Shown here piece after piece: positions 50,743-63,549 of a DNA stretch of 64,000 bases (position 1 is the stretch's first letter; the number at the start of each line of letters is the position of its first letter). This stretch comes from Octopus vulgaris. Its lineage: Eukaryota. A program made the position numbers and the translations under genes. Where the stretch lies: contig OX597828.1 of the NCBI GenBank assembly GCA_951406725.2, forward strand, positions 34,038,001 to 34,102,000. The letters are read 5' to 3'. Under the pieces are notes generated by a model. The model saw only the letters and a list, made by a program, of their open reading frames with translations, made no database searches and was not told the DNA's origin.

Positions 50743-53700
50743 ATTTAGATGATCTAATATTGGTCCATTAGAATTGAAATGTCTAATCTTCGGGCGATTT
50801 GACTACTATTTCTAGCAAGTCAAGCAAATAATTAGAGGATCTGCCTATGTTTCTTTATAATAGAAAAGTGTGATAAGAGGGAGATTTGACTGCTATCCGT
50901 AGCAAGTAAAGCAACAATTTAGATGATCAGTTATTGGTCCAATACAATTGAAAAGTGTGATCTGAGAAAGATTTAACTGCTATTTCTAGCATGTCAAGCA
51001 ACTATTTAGATGATCTGTCATTGGTCCAGTACCATTGAAAAGTTTGATCTGAGGGAAATTTGACTGCTATTTCTAGCCACTCAGGCAACTATTTAAATGT
51101 TCTGTCATTGGTCCATTACAATTGAAAAGTGTGATCTGAAAGAGAGTTGACTTCTATTTCTAGCATGTCAAGCAACTATTTAGATGATCTGTCATTGGTC
51201 CATTACAATTGAAAAGTGTGATCTGAAAGAGAGTTGACTTCCATTTCTAGCATGTCAAGCAACTATTTAGATGATCTGTCATTGGTCCATTACAATTGAT
51301 CTGAGGGAGATTTGACTGCTATTTCTAGCAAGTCAAGCAACTAGTTAGATGATCTGTCATTGGTCCATTACAAATGAAAAGTTTGATCTGAGAGAGATTT
51401 GACTGCTATTTCTAGCAAGTCAAGCAACTATTTAGATGATCTGTCATTGGTCCATTACAATTGAAAAGTTTGATCTGAGGGAGATTTGAATGCTTTTTCT
51501 AGCAAGTCAAGCAACTATTTAGATGGTCTGTATTGGTCCATTACAATTGAAAAGTGTGATCTGAGGGAGATTTGAATGCTTTTTCTAGCAAGTCAAGCAA
51601 CTATTTAGATGATCTGTCATTGGTCCATTACAATTGAAAAGTGTGATCTGAGGGAGATTTGAATGCTTTTTCTAGCAAGTCAAGCAACTATTTAGATGAT
51701 CTGTCATTGGTCCATTACAATTGAAAAGTTTGATCTGAGGGAGATTTGAATGCTTTTTCTAGCAAGTCAAGCAACTATTTAGATGATCTGTCATTGGTCC
51801 ATTACAATTGAAAAGTGTGATCTGAGGGAGATTTGAATGCTTTTTCTAGCAAGTCAAGCAACTATTTAGATGATCTGTCATTGGTCCATTACAAGTGAAA
51901 AGTTTGATCTGAGAGAGATTTGACAGCTATTTCTAGCAAGTCAAGCAACTATTTAGATGATCTGTCATTGGTCCATTACAATTGAAAAGTTTGATCTGAG
52001 GGAGATTTGACTGCTATTTCTAGCAAGTCAAGCAACTATTTAGATGATCTGAAAGATTTCTCATTGGTCCATTACAATTGAAAAGTTTGATCTGAGGAGA
52101 TTTGACAGCTATTTCTAGCAAGTCAAGCAACTATTTAGATGATCTGTCATTGGTCCATTACAATTGAAAAGTGTGATCTGAGGGAGATTTGATTGCTATT
52201 TCTAGCAAGTCAAGCAACTAGTTAGATGATCTGTCATTGGTCCATTACAATTGAAAAGTTTGATCTGAAGTCAAGCAACTATTTAGAGATTTGATTACAA
52301 TGCTTTTTCAAGCAACTATTTAGATGATCTGTCATTGGTCCATTACAATTGAAAAGTCTGAAGATTTGCAACTATTTAGATGATCTGTCATTGGTCCATT
52401 ACAATTGAAAAGTGTGATCTGAGGGAGATTTGAATGCTTTTTCTAGCAAGTCAAGCAACTATTTAGATGATCTGTCATTGGTCCATTACAATTGAAAAGT
52501 GTGATCTGAGGGAGATTTGAATGCTTTTCTAGCAAGTCAAGCAACTATTTAGATGATCTGTCATTGGTCCATTACAATTGAAAAGTGTGATCTGAGGGAG
52601 ATTTGATTGCTATTTCTAGCAAGTCAAGCAACTAGTTAGATGATCTGTCATTGGTCCATTACAAATGAAAAGTTTGATCTGAGGGAGATTTGACTGCTAT
52701 TTCTAGCAAGTCAAGCAACTATTTAGATGATCTGTCATTGGTCCATTACAATTGAAAAGTGTGATCTGAGGGAGATTTGACTGCTATTTCTAGCAAGTCA
52801 AGCAACTATTTAGAGTGCATGACATTGGTCCATTAGAATAGAAAAGTGTGATCTGGAGGAGATTTGACTGCTATTTCTAGCAAGTCAAGCAACTATTTAG
52901 AGGATCTGACATTGGTCCATTAGAATAGAAAAGTGTGATCTGAAGGAGATTTGACTGCTATTTCTAGCAAGTCAAGCAACTATTTAGAGTATCTGTTATT
53001 GGTCCATTACAATAGAAAAGTTTGATCTGAGGGAGAGTTGACTGCTATTTCTAGCAAGTCAAGCAACTATTTAGATGATCTGTCATTGGTCCATTACAAT
53101 TGAAAAGTTTGATCTGAGGGAGATTTGACTGCTATTTCTAGCAAGTCAAGCAACAATTTAAGGGATCTGATATTGGTCCATTAGAAAGTAGAGAGAGATT
53201 TGAAGGAGATTTGACTCCAATTCCTAGGAAGTCAAGCAACCATTTAGAGGATCTGATATTGATCCATTAGAATAGAATGAGAGGGAAGTGACTGCTATTT
53301 CTAGCAGGTCAAGTAACTATTTAGAGGATCTGACATTGTTACATTAGAATAGAAAAGTGTGATCTGAGAGAGAACTGACTGCTATTTCTTGCAAGTCAAG
53401 CAATTATTTTTGTGATCTGATATTGGTCCATTAGAATAGTATGGAGAGATTTAAGGGAGATTTGACTGCTATTTCTAGCAAGTCAAGCACCTATTTAGAG
53501 GATCTGACATTGGTCCATTAAGATAGAGAAGTGTGATCTGAGGTCGATTTGACTGCTATTTCTAGCAAGTCAAGCAATGATTTAGAGTACATGACATTGG
53601 TGCATTAGAATAGAGAAGTGAGATCTGATGGCGTTTTGACTGCTATTTCTAGCAAGTCAATAACTATTTAGATGATCTGTCATTGGTCCATTTCATTTGA

Positions 53701-54060
53701 TGAGTGTGATCTGAGGGAGATTTGACTGCTATTTCTAGCAAGTCAAGCAACTATTTTGGTGATCTGAGATTGGTCCATTAGAATAGAAAAGTTTGATCTG
53801 AGAGATTTATTGTCATCCAATCAATGGACAGGATTCTATCATGTGATGTTTCTTACTTTCATTTTCTGTATCATTTAAGCTTACATCAGTTCATCCAACA
53901 AGACACCTTATGGACTCTATCAGGTGACGTTAGATATACATTGACCCGTTGTGGATTTACTCATTTTACCATGGCACGCTGATCGTTCATTTTGCATAGA
54001 CAATTGAAGTTACAGTTAGCCATTTTCTACTTTAGCTTGGAATTGTTACAATATTTTCTT

Positions 54061-54270
54061 CCCTTTCGTTAGCAACCCGGCTCTGGCTCTGAGTACAAAT
54101 GTCTTGTTTTCATAAGTTTTGAATTAAAATCTTCCACCAAACCTTAGTCACAATTTACGTTCGTAACACTAGCTTAATGATAACTAAGTTATTTTACTAA
54201 ATTCTTTGTTATATTTAAAGTAATTGAGAGAAGCACAGAGAATCTTAAAATAAATACAGTAATGAAAGGG
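54061..54270. mobile_element. piggyBac-like MITE
   Basis: ccctttcgttagc...agtaatgaaaggg|ttaa; the left TTAA is degenerate. Confidence 0.5.
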
Positions 54271-55882
54271 TTAATAAATTTATTATCTGAGCACAATATC
54301 ATTATTTGTCTTATAACAGAAAGAGTGGGAAGGTAGGCATCAAAATGACAAAGATGATACTTTTCTTTATCTATTGGGATTTGAATTAGAATTATATTTT
54401 TAATAAAAACAACCTTTAAACTTTTTCAATTGACCCCAAAATCATTCTGTCTTCAGTAGTGAAGAAACATCTATATATTTCAAATTAAGGCGGCGAGCTG
54501 GCAGAAACGTTAGTACGTCGGGCGAAATTCGTCTGCTGTTACGTTTTGAGTTCAAATTCCGTGGAGGTCGACTTTGCCTTTCATCCTTTCGGGGTCGATA
54601 AAGTACCAGTTACACACTGGGGTCGATGTAATCGACTTAATCTGTTTGTCTGTCCTTGTTTGTCCCCTCTGTGTTTAGCCCCTTGTGGGTAGTAAAGAAA
54701 TATATATATATTTCAAATTAAGAAATGCTAAAATTTTTTTTGATACTGGTGGCACGTAATAAGCACCATTCAAGCATGGGTTGATGCCAGTGTTGCCTGA
54801 CTGGCTCCCTGTGCTGGTGACATATAAAAAGCACCGTCCAAATGTTGTTGAAGCCAGTGCTGCCTAACTGTTTCCCGTGCTGGTGACATGTAAAAAGTAC
54901 CAACTACACTTTCTGAATGGTTGGCATTAGGAAGGGCATCCAGCTGTAGAAACCTTGCCAGATCAGATTGGAGCATGGTGCAACCTCTGGTTTACCAGTC
55001 CTCAGTCAAACCGTCTGATCCATGCCAGCATGGAAAACGGACGTTAAACAATGTTGATGATAATGATAAAACAGCAATAAGCTTCCTAAAATGAACTGAA
55101 GCATTGTATCTATCATCATCAGCTCCTAGTGATTAATGAACAACTAATGAATTATCATTTACAGAATCTATTTTGAGAAGATGATATGGTAGGTGCTCTG
55201 TAGTGTAATTGGTAACGTGGCCCCATGGCAAGTGGTATGCAGTTTTAGTCCAGCCTGAGTGTCTGTTGCTATAATCTGTCCCATGTTAGAGCTTATAATG
55301 TTTATAAAACATCTAGTATAATCAGGAATGCTTTGTCTTCAAAGGTTAAATATATTTAGATAAAATTAAAACTTAATTCCACACATCCATACTGACATAA
55401 GACCACAACAGCAGCTAGAAGAAAGAAGAGACAATGATGGCAACGAATGCCTCAATGTGGTCATATGATCTTCCAAAAATAGCAGTCACATCCCACTGGA
55501 ATCACACCCTGTCTTCTTAAAATAAGAAAGAATATGAAGTTTGTAGTGAAAATAATGTAAAAGTAGGCATAAGTTTTGAATTACTTTCATTACATACTTT
55601 GAACATTGGAAAATGCAGTTTGAGATATATTTTGCCAGGAAAAAAAGGAAAAAAGAAAAGATGGGATAGTTTTGACTGAAATATCTTTGAGCAAAGGTCT
55701 GCACAACCAGGACTCTAGCCTGGAGCTAAAATACAAAACAAACAACAACAGTAACAACAAAAACAAAAAGACTTTAAAATGATTTATTTGTATGGTTTCC
55801 TTGTTTTTAAAAATCACAGTTGTAGTTTCTGGGCCACCTTGGTCCCCTCCCCAATGAAATATATACACAGACCTAATTAGAC

Positions 55883-56119
55883 TCATAATAAGGGTTTTGT
55901 TAATTGGCGAATCTCTATGACAGGCAGGAGCGCAAAAGTTCTGGAAATCTCTCTTCTCCAAAATGAGACAGCTGCTATGAGAGCCACTGATGCCAAGCAT
56001 AGACTTTTCCATCCAAACCTATTTGGAAACGAGAACATTCCTGAAGTTCTTTCTTGGAGTAGATTATTATCCTTTGCAGAGATTATTTCAACTGGTTGTA
56101 GATTCTTATCTGCTAACAG
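55883..56119 (-). CDS. ASZ1: Probable ASZ1/GASZ terminal exon with C-terminal membrane anchor (LLADKNLQ...RFGWKSLCLASVALIAAVSFWRREISRTF...KPLL*)
   Basis: Acceptor ttcttctttttttcag| (phase 0); 78 codons plus TGA; a short hydrophobic helix flanked by basic residues; AATAAA at 55788-55783. Confidence 0.72.
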   Translation of the reverse strand: MLADKNLQPVEIISAKDNNLLQERTSGMFSFPNRFGWKSLCLASVALIAAVSFWRREISRTFALLPVIEIRQLTKPLL

Positions 56120-56942
56120 CTGAAAAAAAAGAAGAAAAAAATTATATATAGGCGTAGGAGTGGCTGTGTGGTAAGTAGCTTATGAACCACATGGCCCCCG
56201 GTTCAGTCCCACTGGATGGCACCTTAGGCAAGTGTCTTCTACTATAGCCTAGGGCTGACCAAAGCCTTGTGAGTGGATTTGGTAGACAGAAACTGAAAGA
56301 AGCCTGTCGTATATATGTATGTGTGTGTATATGTTTTTGTGTCTGTGTTTGTCCCCCACAACATCACTTGACAACTGATGCTGGTGAGTTTAGGTCCCCC
56401 GTAACTTAGCAGTTCGGCAAAAGAGACCGATAGAATAAGTACTAGGCTTACAAAGAGTAAGTCCTGGGGTCGATTTGCTCAACTAAAGGCGGTGCTCCAG
56501 CATTGCGGCAGTCAAATGACTGAAACAAGTAAAAGAGTAAAAAGAGAGAGTATAAAAACACCTACTGACTTAAACTGCAGCCTGTCGACAAAGAAGCAAA
56601 AGCACATGTATTGAGTACATATGTCTGATGATAATGTTTACAACACCAGGAGTGCTTCTGGTTCACATATGAATTGTCGTGGCACACCAGCAAATGGTGT
56701 TTATACTTTGTATAAGGTCATGGGCTAGCGATCCAATCTGTCTCTGATTCAGCTCACATATGTGATGCTGACAAGCCGCAAAATTGGCAAAACATAAATG
56801 TCCATCACTACTGGATGGGATTAGGGATCAGTTGTTTCACCAGTCTAAGACTTTCAGGTGTTTTAACCTAAACTGCAGCCTACTGACAAACAAGCATAGC
56901 ACATATTAAGTACAGGTGGTCAATAATGTTTATATATAAAAA

Positions 56943-57331
56943 CTAGCAGTATTGCCCTGCGTTGCTCGGGTTTGTAAGGGAAATAACTATATAAGCACTT
57001 TTAGAGAGTTATAGCCAAAAAATAACAAAAAAAATGCATTCAAAATGGAAAAAAAATTATGGTAAATTTTTTTTTAAATCGTTGACTCATCGTAGACATT
57101 TTTAGAGAGTTACTTCCCTTATATAATAGCGAGAAAAATGCACTAAAATGGAAAAAAATGATGGTAAATTATTTTTAAAATCGTAGACACACGCTAATAC
57201 CCAGAAGGGCTCGATATGAATCACGACTATAAGATACCCGCTTTTGGTTACACTGTACTGCAAAATGTGGGAGTAGTTAGGAATCTAAATCGTAGGAGAC
57301 AGACACACAACTTGACTTCTATATATAAAGA
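56943..57331 (-). mobile_element. Non-autonomous Helitron-like element
   Basis: The minus strand begins A|TCtttatatatag and ends with a GC-rich hairpin (cccgagcaacgcaggg) then CTAG|T. No TSD; internal duplicated block. Confidence 0.7.
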
Positions 57332-57905
57332 TATAAGCTACTATTTTTATTTATCTCTTTCCAGCATCTACTGAGCATTTTCATCCCGTCTTCCAAAATA
57401 TGACTAACCATTAAGCTATTCCATAGCAAGAACCTGCTTGCCCCACTTACATCTCCCTATACTTTAACCAAGTGGTTCTCAAATCACATCTTACAATCTT
57501 TAAAAAAAACACAAAAAGGATACATTGGCTGATGCTGATCCAAGACAGTGCTTGAGATGGGCAAAAATAAAAGTGAAATGATCACAGCTCGAAAGCCTTT
57601 GATTATAAGCTCAGCACAATCAATTAAATGGACTTGATCCATACATCCAATATGCCATATGTCCATGGACATATGGCGTAGTGGCTTTCTGTGACAGGAT
57701 ACCCCTCTTGATAATAATAATATTTATTTTTCAAGCATGGAAGCACATGGCTTAGTGGTTAGGCTGTTGGACTCATTATCCTAAGAATATGATCACAGCT
57801 CAAAAGCCTTTGATTATAAGCTCAGCACAATCAATTAAGTAAACTTGATCCATACATCCAATATTACACACAAACGTACACACACGAGGATCTGGCTCTA
57901 CTCAC

Positions 57906-58010
57906 CGTTTTAATTTCTTTGTTAAATTTCTCAAGCTGAATTAGAAGTGTGTTAACATTCTTCATGGAATGTGATGAGTAATGTAAAAATTTCTCTAACA
58001 ATCTCGTGTC
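57906..58010 (-). CDS. ASZ1: Probable ASZ1/GASZ coiled-coil exon (DTRLLEKFLHYSSHSMKNVNTLLIQLEKFNKEIKT)
   Basis: Acceptor tttctttctag|, donor ACG|gtgagt; 105 bp, phase 0/0, matching both neighbours. Confidence 0.75.
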
Positions 58011-59618
58011 CTAGAAAGAAACAAAAAACAAACAAACAGTAAATAAATTTTTAAAATCAGCCTTTCAAGGGAAATCTGTGTAAAAAAAATTCAGTTTTTC
58101 TTTTATTTTTCTTCTTCTAATATAAGGTACAATCATAGACTGAAAAACAGGGGTAAGTTCAAGGGGGGAAAAGGAGAATCACCACAGCTGTCACTCTTAC
58201 GTCTGCTTTTGTTGGCATAGGTTGGTTGAGGCATTTTAAAGTGCATTATTTAGACTATTTACATTTGACAAATATCTTTCCTCGTCTTGTTTCTCGTAAA
58301 CACGTCTCGGCTGATATACCCTTCAGGTGTCTTGAGGAAATTTTGAACCCGAGTTCTCATTCCTAAGGTATTATTTGATATTATTATTATTATTATCATC
58401 ATCATTATTCAAGTCACTGCCTGGAATCGAACTCGGAATCTTTGGGTTAGTAGCCCACACTCTTAACCACTATGCCATATGCCCATGGACATATGGCGTA
58501 GTGGTTTTCATATGGTGTAGTGGCTTTCTATGACAGGATACCCTTCTTGATAATAATACTTATTTTTCAAGCATGGAAGCACATGGCTTAGTGGTTAGGC
58601 TGTTGGACTCATGATCGTAAGAATGTGGTTTCAATTCCTGGACTGAGCAACGTATTATGCTCTTGAGCAAAACACAATCCCCTTATGTTGCTCCAGTCCA
58701 CTCAGCTGGTAAAAATGAGGTAATACTATGATGGGCCAGCATCCCATCCAGCGAGGGGAATATATACACCAGAGAAACCAGGGAAGCCAGCTGATGCCCC
58801 TTATGGATTAATGTGGACTGACCACAACTCCGTTTTCCAAGCACTTCATTCCACTGGTTTTGCCTCTAGAACTGCCAGGCTGCTGGATACGTTGTTTGTA
58901 TGAGGCATCAACATACATCCTAGCTCCCCAAGCAGTATCAGCATGAAGACAAGCGGGTGCAGTTATGTGGTCAGTAAGTTCACTTTGCAAGCACATGGTT
59001 TCAGGTTCAAGCCTACAGCATGGTACTTCAGGCAAGTGTTTTCTACTAGAGCCTCAGGGTGTCAACCAAAGCAGCGTAATGGATTTGGTAGATGAAAACT
59101 GAGAGAATCTTGTGTTTGTGTGTGTGTGTGTGTGTGTGTATATGCTTGTGTATGAGTGTGTTTGTGCATATGTGTGTGCATGTGTGTATGTATATATATC
59201 CGCCTAACTGGTCCCATACCGGTGGCACATAAAAAGCACCATTTGAGGGTTGTCGTTGCTAGTGCCACCTGACTGGTTCCTGTGCCAGTGGCATGTAAAA
59301 TGTACCATTCAAGCGTGGCTGATGCCAGGCTTGCCTGACTGGCTCCTGAGCCGGTGCCATGTGGAAAGCACCATTCGAGTGTGGTCGTTGCAAGGCCTGC
59401 CTGACTGGCTCCTGTGCTGGCGGCATGTAAAAAGCATCCACTACACTCTTGGAGTGGTTGGCATTGGGAAGAGCATCCAGAGGTAGAAACCTTTCCAGAT
59501 CAGATTGGAACCTGGTATAGCCTTTTGGCTTGCCAGTCCTCAGTCAAACTGTCCAATCCATGCCAGCATGGAAAACGGACATTAAGTGACAATGTTGATG
59601 ATATATATATATACATAC

Positions 59619-59669
<51 letters not shown>

Positions 59670-60313
59670 CTTGTGTATGTGTGTATATATGTATAAGTGT
59701 GTCTGTGGGGGGGGGTTCCATTTCCTTGTTTTGATATGGTGGGGTAGTTGTGAGTGTCACTGTCACACAAGCAGTGTCATTCATTTCCAATATTCTGCAA
59801 GAACACATCTAGTCATGGGGAAATATTATCTTGTTTAGATACAGGAAGAACAGCTGGCCTCAGGAAAATCTGCCTCAATAAACTCTGTCCAACTCATAAA
59901 AACGTGGAAAAGTGTGCTTTAAAACAAACGATGTTGATGATGACACACATACATATACAGAGGGCTTCTTTACAGTTTCTAGGTATTAAATGTCAATCAC
60001 ATAGCACAGGTCAACTCATGACTGTAATAGAAGATACATGCCCAAGGTGCACCCAGTGGATTTGAACCTAGGACACTAGAACACCACTTCTATTATGTGC
60101 CAAGTTTTGTGGATATTGCAGAAGGCCCACTAGAATTCCTCAAATATGACTTGAGGGTTCTGTCATTGAGCTATTTTTTTTTTTTTTGATATATGCACAA
60201 ATAAACAAACTTTGAGGATACAGGCAATTATATAGCATTATGAGACAATTCTTAAATAACAGAGAGAGAGAGATCTGAGGATACTGAAGTCCTTAAAAGT
60301 CTGAATTACTTAC

Positions 60314-60434
60314 ATTTGTCTCTTCAACAATGCAGGGATGAAGTTCAATCTGTTTACCAATGTAGACAATGGTGGAAGTCATGTAGAGAGCATGTTTAGA
60401 GATATTGGCTAACATGGCAGTAGCATCAGAACAA
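60314..60434 (-). CDS. ASZ1: Probable ASZ1/GASZ exon (CSDATAMLANISKHALYMTSTIVYIGKQIELHPCIVEETN)
   Basis: Poly-T plus catatttcag| acceptor (phase 2); AAT|gtaagt donor (phase 0); 121 bp. Confidence 0.75.
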
Positions 60435-62066
60435 CTGAAATATGAACAAAAAAAAAAAAAAAAAAAAGGAAAAATTAGGATTGTAGCAATAACAACAACA
60501 ACTACAATGTTGAGTTCTCGTGTTCGTACAACGGTCACATATTTTGGTGGATGACATAAGTTGAGTGAGACCATCGTCATTTATCATCCACTTTTCCATG
60601 TTCGCACAGGTCAGGTGGAATTTTCCCTTCTCTGGATCTTTCCTTCTATGTTTCCGACGAAGAGCTCCGCTTGAAACGTTAAACCCTCCTTCTTTCCTGA
60701 GCGTCCAATAATACTATATTTGTTCCATGTCCTTGCGTTGTTGTGTTTTTTTGTGCTTTCATGTTTGGATTAACTTTATATATATATATCACCGTGATCA
60801 CTGTGACTGACCAGGCTATGAGATGTTGCTACACATCGCTGGTCACAATGTGCTTCGCATTGTTTTTTAGCCTTCAAATGACGCCACCCTACAGGCTAAG
60901 CGAGCAGGCCAACAGAAGAAAAATTGAGAGAAAGTTGTGGCGAAAGAGTACAGCAGGGATTGCCACCACCCCCTGCCAGAGCCTTGTAGAGCTTTAGGTG
61001 TTTTCACTCAATAAACACTCACAACGCCCGGTCTGGGAATCAAAACCGCGAGTCCGCTGCCCAAACCACTGGGCCATTGCGCCTCTACACACACATATAT
61101 CTACCTCAACAAATTCCACCTAAAAATGACTATACCCTTCGATCCACCACTAGTTATGATAGCATAAATATTGGAAGGCAATGCATAAAATATATATGTG
61201 TTTATGTATATATATTTTTCCTTTCATATACCTTTTCATTTCTACAAAGTTGTACTCCTCTCAAACTCTATTGCCTACTTCTATTTTACGCTTATTTCTC
61301 CTCTTATACACTCTTTAATAGGAATATTGTACTGTACCTGCTAGTAACTGATTCTTATGTGTATATATATATATATATATATACATATATAGGGAAAGTT
61401 TATGAAAATAAACAAAAGACGAAGGTAGGTGGAGTACAAACAAACAAATGTATTAGTATAGTGCTCAGGAATAGAAAAAGTCTTTTACGTTTCGAGCCTA
61501 TGCTCTTCGAGAGAAAGATACACAGAAAAAAACAAAGAGAGAAAAAAATGCGTCTAGGAGCTAACGATCTATTATATATATTATATATATATATGTATAT
61601 GTGTGTGTGTGTATGTATGTATTTTTATATATACATACATAAGCCCTCTGAACTTCTTAGACCCTCTTTTAAACTCTCTGATGAAGCCTGGAATCCAAAT
61701 ATCCTAATTCTATTAACCAATCACTACAGAACACTGAAGAGATGGAAATAACATGAGGGGTATTGTGACCTCTTGGCAGAAACAGCTCGATTTTAGCACC
61801 CCAAACAAAACCGTTTTTCCAATCATTCTTCTCTCTGCTTAGAACACATTATACTGCAAACCACATGTCTGACACAGACAACACATGACAGATCACATTT
61901 CGGAAACAGATGTCATATAATAAATCACACAATACAATTAGCAGCAGGTCTCCAAAAGGAGATAACTCGTTTCCATGGATTTATCGCCCTTGATTACTGT
62001 ATACTAACTAAAGTGTTTTACATAACTTATACTTGACAGATATTTGTCCTCATCTTATTTGTTGTT

Positions 62067-62114
62067 AAGACACCGTTTCGGCTGATATACCCTCCAGCCT
62101 TCATCAGGTGTCTT
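62067..62114 (-). ncRNA. Degenerate hammerhead-like motif in a dispersed repeat (sister copy at about 58260-58480)
   Basis: aagacac CUGAUGA a ggcug..cagcc GAAAC g gugucuu. Stems I and II and the core are present, but the NUH triplet is missing. Confidence 0.45.
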
Positions 62115-62458
62115 GGGGAAATTTCGAACCTGGGTTCTCATTCCTAAGGTTATTTTTTTCGATGTTATTATTATTATTATTATTCAGGTCACTGCCTGGA
62201 ATCTTGGGGTTAGTAGCCTGCACTCTTAACCACTATGCCTGCCTGTCAAATGTAAATAATGTACATAATTTCTCATCTCTTAAATATAGAACCGTAAAGT
62301 GTTTTAGTTGTGACAGGACAATGATAGAAATTCTAACACTGTTGGTAGAATCAAATAATATTATCTTAGTAATTAATTAATAGTTAAACAGTATTAACTT
62401 TATTGGTAACATATTAATATACAAATGAGAAACTTAGTATACTTTCATTTCAACTTAA

Positions 62459-62682
62459 CCCTTTAGCATTTAAACCGGCCATATCCGGCCAAAAGTATTC
62501 TGCCTGTTTTATGTTTAAACTGGCCAGATCTGGTCTCTCACACCAACCCTACAATATCATCTTAAAAATTAACAGCTACCTCATCAAAATCTCATAGCTA
62601 CAAGATAATGCATGATTAGTTCAAAACAATGTGGATGAAAAAGGATTAATTTAGGCAGAATAATGTGAACACTTTTAAAGGG
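62459..62682. mobile_element. piggyBac-like MITE
   Basis: ttaa|ccctttag...taaaggg|ttaa with TTAA on both sides. Confidence 0.65.
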
Positions 62683-62779
62683 TTAATAGTCATATTTTGA
62701 AAATTTGTATCCATTCACCATGAACTTTGAAAGATATAGAATTACATTTATCATATCTCTGTAACATTAATTAGCATGA

Positions 62780-63405
62780 CATGGCCAATGACAGTACAGC
62801 CTGATTGGCACTCGTGCCAGTGGAATGTTAAAAGCACATCCGAGCATGGGGTGTAACCAACCCACTTATGAGTACCCCTCATTCATTGGACAATAAACTT
62901 TGCTTGCATAGACGTATCGAGGCAAGTGAAATTAAATCAAAAATCACTGACATGGCCAATGACAGTACCAATGTGCTTTTAACGTTAAGAGCACATCCGA
63001 GCGTGATCGTTGCCAGGGCTACGGATTGGCTCCCGTGCTGGTGGCACATAAAAAGCACTGTTTGAGCATGACCATTGCCAGCATCACCTTACCAGCACAT
63101 GTCCCAGTGGCAGGTGAAAAACAACATTTGAATGTGGTCGCTGCCAGTGCCATCAAACTGGCTCCTGTGCAGGTAGCATGTAAAAAACACCTTTTGAGCA
63201 TGGTCGTTGCCAGAACCGCCCTCGGCTGGTGGCACGTAAAAGCACCCACTACACTCTCGGAGTGGTTGGCGTTAGGAAGGGCATCCAGCTGTAGAAACTT
63301 TGCCAGATCAGATTGAGCCTGGTGCAGCCTTCTGGTTCATCAGTCCTCAGTCAAACCGTCCAACCCACGCCAGCATGGAAAGCGGACGTTAAACGATGAT
63401 GATGA
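62780..63405 (+). mobile_element. RTE-type 3' UTR fragment with tandem subrepeats and (GAT)n tail
   Basis: Same terminal sequence as 28770-28960. Confidence 0.65.
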
Positions 63406-63549
63406 TAACAGGTAACACAAATCCTAAAATAAACCAATCTTCATACAGCAAACATTACACAACTTGTCCTTTAATCAAAAAAAAAAAAAAAACCCCTAAA
63501 AAAAAAAAAAAAAGCAACATAGTAAAAGAAGTGAGATTTTATTCCTTAC

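Larger units (their letters stand above)
44500..53806. repeat. 87-bp satellite array (about 95 monomers) with an internal stem-loop
   Basis: Monomer gatctgagggagatttgactgctatttctagcaagtcaagcaactatttagaggatctgacattggtccattagaatagaaaagtgt. Period confirmed by gatctgaggg at 51558, 51645 and 51732. Stops in all six frames. Copy number estimated from length. Confidence 0.95.

Noticed and set aside
51000-52800. Histone 3' stem-loop or iron-responsive element (plus-strand loop UUUC)
   Set aside because: The stem does not match GGYYYU/ARRRCC, there is no CAGUGN loop, and no histone ORFs are present.
44500-53806. CRISPR array (palindromic repeat plus variable spacer)
   Set aside because: The linkers are homologous to each other rather than unique spacers, there are no cas genes, and the context is eukaryotic.
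44500-53806. Coding tandem repeat (87 bp = 29 codons)
   Set aside because: The consensus has stops in all six frames, and many indels break the period.
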